Assembly (NCBI GenBank): GCA_050273025.1
Contig: CP158635.1
Coordinates: 6,262,001-6,326,000, forward strand
Direction: 5' to 3'
DNA length: 64,000 nucleotides
Origin: Cenococcum geophilum
Taxonomy: Eukaryota
Position numbers and translations under genes: made by a program
Shown here: positions 54,101 to 64,000 of the stretch, one piece after another
Layout: every line of letters begins with the position of its first letter
How positions within the stretch are numbered: position 1 is the first letter of the stretch
Notes under the pieces: generated by a model
Seen by the model: the letters and a program-made list of their open reading frames with translations, nothing else
Databases searched by the model: none
Told to the model about the DNA's origin: nothing

Positions 54101-57100
54101 TATAGATATTTAAAAGTGGTGGTTTTTGGTGGTTTTTGGTGCCGTGCACGAGATGGGACCGTGCACAAGGTGGCCCAAACGCTTACGGAGCCGTTAGAGG
54201 ACTTTATAGATATGCTCCTTATATTCTAGCTTATTCTTAAAGTATATTATAATATTATTTAGGTAGGCCGTATAGAAGTTATTAAGGTAGTTAAAAAGTA
54301 TATCGTTTATATACCGCCAGTATATAGCTAGTCCGTTAGTTAGCTTAAAATGTAGTACCTTATATTTATATATTCCGTAATAGGTCCGAAATATAGTAAG
54401 ATCCTCTAAGCTAGGGTTCATTTTAATTTAGTAAAAGGCTTAGCGAATATTAAGCTTTATAAAGACCTTAGCTCTACTTATTTGGGCTAGTATCTCGTTA
54501 AGTAGGGGTAGTAGATAACGGTCCTTGCGGGTTATATTATTTAGCTTATAGTAATTAATATAGAAACGAAGTCCTCTATTTAGCTTTTTAGTAAAGAAAA
54601 TAGGCGAGTTAAAAGGGGCTTGGCTAGGCTTAATAAAACCCTTATTTAGGTTATTAATAAGGTACTACTTTATAGCCTATAATTTAGCAGTAAACTGCTA
54701 GTAAAGGGGGCTAAAGCTAAGGGTGTTTTCCTTATCTAGCTTAATCTTAATCTTATAATCGTATAGTTAGTAAGGCGGGAGTTTATTAGACGCTACTTTA
54801 GAGAATATATCCTTAAACTTCTAATATTAATAGGGTAGTTTCTATTCTACTAGCTCCTTATCTATAAGCTTACCCTCCTATCTACTAAGTTCGCTTTCCT
54901 TTTCCTTAAATATTTAGTTAATTTTATATAAGCTAGTCGTAAAAGTAATAGTATTAGGCTAGACTAGGTTTTAGTAGAATCCTATAGCGCTAATATAGTA
55001 GATATTAACTAGTAGGAGGTCTATAGGTTTCTTTATAGCTATTTACCGGACCGTATTTTATAGTTTAGGGTTTATAATCTTTCTTAGCTCCTATTCCATC
55101 TTCTATAAGTTATCCCTCTAATCTATTAGTTTAGTATAGCGTCTAATATTTCTTACTATTCTTTACGGCTATATAGGGCCTAAGCTCTCCGTAAGGGGCT
55201 TTTTTAGGTTATTACTAACTTTCTAGGTCTTTAATGCGGGTAGCGTAATATAGGTAGTCTGGGGGCGGCGTAATATATAAATCCGTTGCGGATTAAGCTA
55301 TATATCTTTCTTAAAGGCCTAGTCCCTACGTATAGCATTAGCCTAGTAAATAGTATTAATCTAGGGCCGTATAAGATTTTCTATTATAATGCTAATTTCT
55401 TTTATAAAGGAAGGAGTTAGGGGTAGGGTTTTGGGCTAGATAAGCTATCTACTCTATATATCTAGCTATAAGCCTAAATAGGCTAGCTATTTTCTTCCTA
55501 AGATTATATTATAGCTTCCTAGGTCTATAATAAGGAAGGGGACGTTATACTACCTTTATTTATTAACACGAAGGTAAATCCATAAAATAGTTGTAATAGG
55601 TAGCCCTATCCGTCCGTTATACCCATAAATAGGAATTAGTTTAGGTAGTTCTTTAAGGGGTATATTTAAAAAGATAGCCAGCTTTATAGCGTACTAGTTG
55701 TCTATTAAGGTAAAAGTATTTACTTTAGAGTTAGCTAAAGTAGAGGTTAAAACTTAATATTTATTACAAAATAAAGTATAAGGGATAGTACAGCTTTTTT
55801 TACTAATTAGCCAACCTAGATTAATATATAATATATTAATCCCTTTTAACCCTAAAGAGGAGTCTTTCTCTAAGGTTCCTCTTTTTCTAACTTTATACTA
55901 TCCTTCTAGATTAATAGAACTTCGTCCCTTTTTATATTTATTAGGCAGTCTTTTATAATATAGCCTTTTTAGCTATAAGAGAAGCAGGCACCTTAATTAC
56001 TAAGGGCCTATATATAGGGGCTGCTATATATAGGTTAAGTATTTACTAAACCTACGGTAGGACTAGCCGTATGGCTAGCTACTATATTAGTAGTGGGCTA
56101 TATAGCTAGTACTGTAGGAGTTGCTAATTATACTAGGGTACTATAGGCCGTTCTTACATTACTTATAGTCTGATTTAGAGAGTTTCTAGCTTTATACTAT
56201 TTAGCGCGTGCCTTAATTTAATAAAGGTCTTAGTTAATAGCTAAGCACTAATCTATAAGTTCCTTTAGCGTCTATATAGTAGTAAAAACTAGTAGTACGG
56301 CCCGCTATAGGTCTAGGGTAAGCTTATTAAATAGGTCTGGTATTAAATCTTCTTAAGAAATTTGGGCCTAGCCGGCTAGGTATAAAAAGCGGGTCTAAAA
56401 GGCTAAAAAGGTCTCGTTATTTTTATATTTAGGCCTTTATAATTAAGGTAGGCGTTTTATACCTTAAAGGGGTCCTTATAAATAGAAGATAAGTAGTTAA
56501 TTATTTCTTCTTTAGAGGTAAAAGGATCTGCTAAGTCCTTAGTATATCGCAGGCGTAGGTATATCTAGGCGTCCCCGCTAATACGGCTAAAGATATAGGC
56601 TATTTAGGCCTAAGGGGTAGAAAATTAGTTGGTATTAACTTTAAGCTTATTCCATAGTTAGAGCTTCTAGTTATTAAATATAGGGTTTATTCCGTCTATA
56701 AGTAATAGAGGGTCCGCGACCTTTATAAACCGCGATAGTACTATATAGGGCTTAGGAGGTCCGCTAAGGCGCTAGAATAGGGCCTTAAGGACTATAGTAA
56801 GTCTCTAGGTGTTTAATAATTTGTTATTAGATATAGAAGTAGAGGTATCTCTAGCTTTAAACAGCTCTTATAATTATTTAATCTTAATATTAACGGCTAC
56901 TAGCTCTACCTAGGGGTTTAAGATATTTACTATTTTATTATCTAAGGTATTTAAAGGTCCTATGGCTGCTTTGCCAGCTATTATATTTCTTAGTATAGTG
57001 GTAGAAGTGTTAGATAATTTTAGGTAAATTCTTTAGGGATTCTAGTCCGTGCTTATCCTATTTTTAGGGTTTGTATTTTTTTTTTATAGTTCTAGTTCTT

Positions 57101-57449
57101 ATTCTAGTTCTTATTCTAGTTCTTATTTTAGTTTTTATTTTTTAAATATATTTAAGTTCCTTTTTAGGAAGAAAGGATAGATAAGCTTTAGATAATATTA
57201 GCGACTTAGTTAATTAAGACACGAGTATAGTATAAGGGGCGCGTAAGCCTATATAATTGGATTGTCTATAAACAAGAATCTAAAGCTAGGGAAAGGAAAG
57301 GAGAAAAAGAAGAGTAGCGCCGCTTAATGTTTTATAAGATCTTCGCGTTACGTGACCGCAATATGCGGCAATCTATGGCAACTTTCCAGTGCGAAGTTCT
57401 GCTAAGTTCTGCCAACCAAGTTCTGCCATTTTCTGCCAGTGCTGTAACA
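51112..57449 (-). mobile_element. Ty3/Gypsy LTR retrotransposon (second family) with both LTRs, RIP-inactivated
   Basis: 254-bp LTRs at 51112-51365 and 57196-57449, TSD ATTAA, PPT AAAGGGGGGGGG. Zinc knuckle near 55950-55990, protease LANSKVN (LADSGAN) near 55730, RT fragment (ORF 54194-54421), RNase H, integrase. Confidence 0.93.
53438..54182. mobile_element. AT-rich non-autonomous DNA element (about 745 bp) inserted in the Gypsy RT
   Basis: Imperfect TIRs carrying tandem CTCGTGCACG motifs, TTA (or TA) duplicated. Removing it restores the RT frame VL*RLRKASL*ANIKK. Confidence 0.8.
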
Positions 57450-58999
57450 ATTAATATTTATAGCGTCTAAGTCCTTATGGGTCTTAAGCGGCTTAGGGGT
57501 AAAGTATTAAGGCGTATATTTTAAAATAAGACGTAGTAAGCCGTTATATAAGCCATTAATAATATTAGCGTAGGTAATAATAGTATCTGGCAATCTAACT
57601 CCTATAAGGGATGCTTTTAATTTAGGGTTTAAAGATTCTATTAGGCGATTAATTAAGGTAGATTTATTTTATTTAGTCTCTTTAATATAGTAATAAAACT
57701 TAGTAAAGTATAATAAGAAGTCTTTAAGGGGCTTATGTTATTATATTTAGTTTTCTTTATACTATAGCTGTTTAGTTAGGGTCGCTATAAAATACATCTA
57801 GTATAGCGACTAGTTCTTTTATAGTATTCGGCTAAAATAGGTAAATAGTTTGTACAGCGTCTCCTCTTAAGTGATTTATAGTATAATATAGCTAACTTTT
57901 AGGAGTAATATAGCGATTAATATTACCGTTTAGTTTATTCTTAAGTTAGTTATATAAAAAAGTAGCGTAGTTTACTCCTTTTACTTAAATAGGCGGGATT
58001 AGGAAGATATTTAGTTAGCTTTTTTATAGGGGTGCTAATTAGCAAATTTAGGGTTAAGGAGCTAGTCCTAAATACGTTTCTTCTATCTAGTACTTTTAAG
58101 TTAATACTAGTAAAATTAGGTAGAGGCGATAGTATAGCGGACGGTAGGTTATAATTAATTTCTTTAATTTCTTTTCTTAAAGGTCTAATTGTTTTTTAGT
58201 GTTAGGCCTTTTACAGGCTCTTTATTTATTTAGTAAATATATTATATAAGTTAGTTATAAATATAGGGGCTTTTAGGTTATTTTATATACTAAATAAAAT
58301 AGAGTAGTAAAAGGTATAGGTTTAACGTAATATAGTATTACGGAATAAGTATAAGCGGCGATAATATATAACAAAGTAAATACTATTAAGCTATATATAT
58401 AAACTGCGTAATAAAGTTAAAACGTTATGTAAGGAAAGAGGGTAAGAAAATAGAAAAAAAGGGTATATATTATTAACCTAGTTACTTAGTTAATATATAT
58501 ATAGAGTAGAATAAAGTTTAGGTAGTAGTCTTAGTAGAACTTAGCGGAATATAGCAGAATATAGCAGATTGCCGTTAGATTGCTATAGATTGCGGCAACT
58601 TACGGTCTTGTAGTCGGTCTTTAATTACTAAGTTAGTAGAAGAAATAGGTAGACGTATATAAGGTATTATAGGGGTACAGTTAAAACCCCTTATAACGAT
58701 ATTATCTATATTACGATATATACTCTTAATCAATCCTTTTTTGGTGTAATATTACGATATTCTGGCTTTTAGTAATATTGTTAAGGTATTTTACCAATAT
58801 CGGTATAACCAGATTTTAATTCATTGGATCTGACGCTTGCTCACCGTATGTTTAGCTATTAATACCTACCATACAACGATTTAAATCCATCAAAATAACC
58901 CTTAGATCTTACTCTCTATACTTAATACTACCTTATTTATTATAATAAGATATTAAAATCCTAAAAGGCAATACTATTATAAAAAATTTTAACTTTAAA

Positions 59000-61900
59000 C
59001 GCTAAAAAATACGCGCCCTATTAGGTAAAACCTAAGTAGATAGCTATATAGCCGTAAGGTATAGGCGACCCTAGGGTAACCTAGGGGTAACTCGCCCGTA
59101 AGGCACGTGCTCTATATATACCTAGGGAAAACCCTTCCTACCTCGCATACAGACTCCTCCCCCTCCCTTAAGAATTCGTCTCTATCTATATAATATACCT
59201 ATTATTCCATTATTGGACTCCCTATCTATATCTTTACCTTATATTTAAATTCTTACCAATCCCCTTAGGAGGATAGCCGGTTTAATTTTTCTATAATGCC
59301 TTTAAAAAGAAAACTAACGCCTATACCTAATAGTAATACGCTAGTAATATAACCGCAGAACGCCTTAGGATTTAGTGCAGGTAAAACTGCTAGAAGCATA
59401 CTAGTAAAGCCCTAGTAGCGTATCTCTCTTAACTGCAACTAGGGCCTAATATAGAGGAAGAAAAAAAATATATTGTGGTATATATCGCGATAGATATACC
59501 CTAAGGCGAAGTCCACCTATATGCTTTATATAATAATAGGTACTAAATTAACCTTATTAATTAAGATATCATCTATAGGTTTAACCTGCCTATATACTAC
59601 GCGCTATATTTATATAAACCTATTATATATTTCCTTAATAGCAACCAAATAATAATCTGGGATGCTTATAATCTAACGGTCACCACTAGCGACTCCTAGG
59701 GTACCCCTCGCACTATTAGCCCGCAGACCTTTTAGGGCGGCTTATTTAATAGCTATAATATAGTCCTTAGATAGGATTAGCTCGCGGAAGTAGATCTATT
59801 AATTAGCTTCCGCTTTAGATAGTTTAGCTAGGGTACTTTAGACCCTAGACGCCTCTAAATAGTCACCCTTAACGCTCTCCTAGCAGATATTAAGGCTAGC
59901 GAAATAGTCTATTCACTATAGCTAGAAGACTTCTTCTTTATGCCAGTTGTAAATATAATAGAGGACCTATTATTATTATTAGTAAGTACCTATACAGACC
60001 CTCTGGACGTAGAGATACTAGTTATAAATACAGTAGAGAACCTACCGTTACTAGCAACGAGTACCTATAAAGACCCTCTAGTGCTGGCACAGATCACTTA
60101 TATATAAGGGGGAGGTGATGCCCGCGAAGCCCTACTGCACGCGTCCACGTCGCCGCGGGTGGAAACATCATCGGGAAATCGTTCCTTTTGATGGCCAAGT
60201 GCAGAGGCGATGGTAGAGAGCCGTCGCAGCGCGTGCAGCGCGCTGTCGTTGCGACTCTGGTGTTGAGCCTGCGACGCGTACGAAGCATCGCCCTCAACAA
60301 CACCAGGAGTCCTACTGCCCCTGCTTAGGGCTCCCGTTCTACCATCTAGGGGGGCAATCAATCAAGGGAAACTGGGATACGAAAACCACCCGACGTACGA
60401 CTACCTAGCTCGTAGCTAGGGCCGAAACTGGCCTTATCAAGCCAGCGGATGCGGACGCGTCCTAGGCGTACGACAGGACACCCTTGGGCTTGCACTAGCT
60501 CTGAGATCGCAAAGAACGCGGCGAGGGCGTAGGGAACCTCTTTTTATAAGAACTTGTTAAGGTTAACGCGTCGCAGACTCCTCGTACGAAACTTGTTAAG
60601 GCCCCCAAGGCCACCGCGAAGAACTTGTTAAGGCCCTGCCTAGAGAACTCGTTAAGGCCCCTCCAAGGGCCTATCTGGTATCCGGTACACCCAGGTGACT
60701 CAGAAGAGGGTCTTAATAGGCGTGGTGCGCGCGACCTGGTCGACAGCGACGGCGACGCGACGGCGACGCGACGGCGACGCGACGGCAACCAGACGGCTCA
60801 ACGAGGTGGAAACACGGGCAAATCTCTAGGCAGCGGAAACACAGGCCAGCTTCGACGGCCCCATGGCGTCAAAAGGTGACTCACAGGAGGGTCTTAATAG
60901 GCGTGGTGCACGCGACCTGATGCATATACATATGGGGGAGGCTATAGGGGAAACACAGGCCAGTCGGACGAGGACTCGACAGTTAGAGACACAGGCCAGC
61001 TTATAAAAAGGGGGGACACAAGCTTGGTTAGTAGGAGAGGGGGGAGCAGGTCGCCCGGCACGGGACCTGGTCTATGGCCCCCTCCTACAAGACACGGTCG
61101 GCCTATCATGAGGAGACTCTTATAGGCAACGCGAAACGACTACCTAGAGTAGTCGCGGGGCGTAGTGCGTAGTAGCCACTGCTGGCTCTAGGGACCTTAC
61201 CCCTTAGCTGGGCTCTGACCCCTAGTGCACCTGGTAGGCAGGCAGGATCACGTCCCGGCCGGAGAGACTACTACGTGGCTCGAGAGAACGGATGCGCGTG
61301 TCGGTGTACCAATAGATAGGACTGCTCGCTAGGGCAGTACGGCTGCTCGCTAGGGTAGTACGGCTGCTCACTAGGGCAGTACGCTAGTGAGGTACGCTTA
61401 AGGAGCAAACAGGAGTTACTCAGGCGGGAGAGGCTTTGGCTGGGCCTTAACCGTAGAAGGTGCACCTAAGGCTTTCTATATTACAGGATGCAGCCACGAC
61501 GCCCTCGTAGGACTACGCCAGTAGGCACGTAAGACGGGAGTTGCGACCCCTGCAAATGCCAGCTTATGCCCGTGCCGGCGGAAACAATGAAGAAAGGCGT
61601 AAAACTAGAGGCTATGGAAGGCTCCCAAGCCGTGCGAAAGTATACCAACTCTAGGAGGAGACTCTTATATAGACCGCTGGGGGGCGGACTAGTACTTGGG
61701 CTAATAAAACCCATTATAAGATATCCAAAAGAACTGGTGAGAATCCCCGTGTTATTGGTGGTGGCAGCCAACTGTTTGTAGAAAGCCCCTCTAGGCCCTT
61801 ATGCTTAGAGGTCTAGGACCGTTACTAGAAAACTGGGGTAGAGGCTTGGATAAGCAGGCACGCTAAACTCTACTATATAACTACCTGATCTTAGAGCAGC

Positions 61901-64000
61901 TAAACTAGTACATAGTACTAGCGTAGAAGACTCTATAGAAGAATAAAATTAATAGAAGTCTAGAAGGAGGTAACTCCTACTAGGCTTTTAGGTTAAAAGA
62001 CAGTAGAGAGCAAAAGGACAGGGACAGGGGTTAGGATTTCTTACAGTTTTTCTTACCATCTTCTCTTTCCCTAGTAGTTGTAGTATCTTAGTATTTTTAC
62101 TAGGAAACTATAAACTCCTAATTTAGGGGTTTATAAACTACTAGGACATAGCTACTAGTATATATTAAGCTGCCTAAAAAAGGATTTATGTATATAGAAC
62201 TATAGCGCCATAGCCCAGAGGCTGCATGCGCAGTATTGTACGTAGTATAATATAATGGATAAAAAATAAAAATAAAAATAAAAAGGGGGAGGTGATTAAA
62301 CCCCTAAAACTATTAAGTATACTATAGTAGAGCTATATACACTCTTAGTGCGAGTATACCTATAAAATGTATATCGGCTGTACCCCTCTCTCTACTAGCT
62401 CCTAGAAGCACACTACTACGCAATAGTTACTTTAATCTTTATAGCCCCTAGCCTACCAGATATATATAAGGAGGAAATTAATATCTTCTTTAATAAGCTA
62501 GTAAGTATACTCCCGCAGAACTCTAAGTATAACTATATAATTAACCTAGAAGAAGGCAAAACGCTACCGTAAATGCCCCTTTATAACCTCTTATAGAAAG
62601 AGTTACAGATCTTATAAGAGTACCTAAACAGTGCTCTTAAAAAGGGCTGGATTAGGCCTAGCAAGTCGCCTACTAGAGCGCCTATCCTCTTTATACTAAA
62701 AGCAGATAGTATAATATAGCTATACGTTAACTATAGACGCCTAAATAAGATTACAATTAAAAATCAGTACCCCCTACCGCTAGTTAGCAAACTCTTTAAT
62801 AGGCTTAGCTATATAAAGATATTTATAAAGCTAAATCTTTATAATACATATTATAGGATTTATATTAAAAAGGGAGATAAATAGAAGACCGTATTTAAAA
62901 CACGCTATGGTCACTTTAAGTACCTAGTAATGCCCTTTAGTCTTATTAACGCCCCTATAACTTTCTAGAGCTACATTTATAAAGCTCTAAAAACCTTAGT
63001 AGATACTATCTATATAGTTTACCTAGATAATATTCTTATTTACTTAAATAATAAGGATAAGTATGTTAAGCACGTTAAGTAGGTACTGCGATAGCTTTAC
63101 GCTTAGGGCCTATACGCTAAACTATTAAAATATATCTTTTATACTAAGAACATTAAGTTTTTAGGCTTTATTATTACCCCTAGGGGTATTATAATAGACC
63201 CTAACCGCGTAAAAGCTATTAAGGAATAGCCTAAGCCTAAGTCCTATAGGGACATCTAGGTCTTCCTTAGCTTTGCTAACTTCTATAGGCGATTTATCTA
63301 GAACTACTTAGATACTATATACCCCCTATACGTATATCTTATATAGGCATATCGCAACCTAATATTAGATAGAGAGAAGAAGTAAAAGCGTAAGTTAAAA
63401 GGGCCTACTAAATAGTATTAACCTTGGTCCTGGCCTAATAACGCATAGTAAGCGTTTTGTAAGCTACGCGCTATATTTATATAGGCTCCTCTACTTTACT
63501 ACTTTAACCCTAATCTACCCCTAATAGTAATTACTAACGCTTCTAATTATACCTATAGCGGTATACTTCTACAGCCTTTAGGGTAAGGAGATTAACTCCA
63601 CTAGCACCTAATCGCTTATTATAATTAGAAGCTTACTAGCCTAGAAGTATAATATAATACGTATAATAAAGAACTACTCGCTATAGTGCAATACTTTAAG
63701 ACGTGGCGCTATTACCTTAAATACGCCGCGTATATAACGCGCGTGCTCTATAATTATAATAATCTTAAGTACTTTATAACTACTAAGAGCTTATTTACTT
63801 ACTAGGCCTAGTATATTAAGGAACTAGCTAAGTTTAATTTTAAGATTAAATATAAGCTAGGTAAAGTAAATCCCACTAATATACTACTCTAGCGCCCGGA
63901 TTATACTAACGGCTTTAAAAATAGCAGTAAGAGGATAATCCTTAATGCTATACTGCCTATATTATAGCAAAAGTTGCGGGTTATAGGCCTTATAGGCGGC
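59000..64000 (+). mobile_element. Large Ty3/Gypsy element (third family); 5' boundary uncertain, runs off the window end
   Basis: RT LYVNYRRLNKITIKNQYPLPL near 62720, KTRYGHFKYLVMPFSL near 62900, VYLDNILIY near 63020; RNase H ITNASNY near 63530 and YNKELLAIV near 63660. Confidence 0.8.
61321..61383. repeat. Three 21-bp tandem repeats
   Basis: Unit (A/G)CTGCTC(G/A)CTAGGG(C/T)AGTACG, three copies. Confidence 0.85.

Larger units (their letters stand above)
50960..58330 (-). pseudogene. Gypsy-type gag relic split by the 51112-57449 insertion (pieces 57455 to about 58300 and about 50960-51106)
   Basis: Gag-like LDVFYSDPN...INRLIESLNPKLKA...KDLDAININ continues across the ATTAA TSD into TKTLFYALKGS...GLYFKYRSNTYI, a RIPed CxxC...H...C knuckle. 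Confidence 0.55.

Noticed and set aside
58677..58825. Possible small mariner-type MITE (TACAGTTAAAACCCCTTATAACGATA... with a weak inverted match near 58795-58822)
   Set aside because: The right-hand repeat is too degenerate and has no TA flank, so I did not call it.
60094..61781. Seven overlapping ORFs in the GC-rich patch as candidate host genes
   Set aside because: They are short, overlap on both strands and have no recognisable domain, as expected from higher GC and fewer stops.

Overview
This window is AT-rich fungal (filamentous ascomycete-type) heterochromatin made almost entirely of nested, inactivated transposable elements. TpA is strongly enriched and CpA/TpG depleted, and reading frames are full of TAA/TAG stops with D->N, E->K and Q/W->stop changes, the signature of repeat-induced point mutation (RIP). 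I found no intact host gene, RNA gene or CRISPR array. Five retrotransposons have both LTRs and target-site duplications (TSDs): two Ty1/Copia (1930-7893 +; 28068-33633 -) and three Ty3/Gypsy (14803-23479 + and 35127-43077 -, one chromovirus family in inverted orientation; 51112-57449 -). There are also truncated Copia and Gypsy relics, three pogo/Fot1 transposase relics, three MITEs, a CryptonF-like tyrosine-recombinase relic and a 443-bp TRIM. The most interesting points are: (i) a highly structured TRIM with a perfect 15-bp LTR/PBS self-complementarity; (ii) a compensatory base change supporting Tf1-type self-priming in the two chromovirus copies; (iii) an antisense Cys6/coiled-coil gene in the chromovirus 3' region; (iv) an approximately 8-kb RIP-eroded block of non-TE-looking genes with a Myb/SANT domain, possibly a large unclassified mobile element; (v) local islands that largely escaped RIP. 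All translations and alignments were done by eye, and 'de-RIPed' sequences are inferences.
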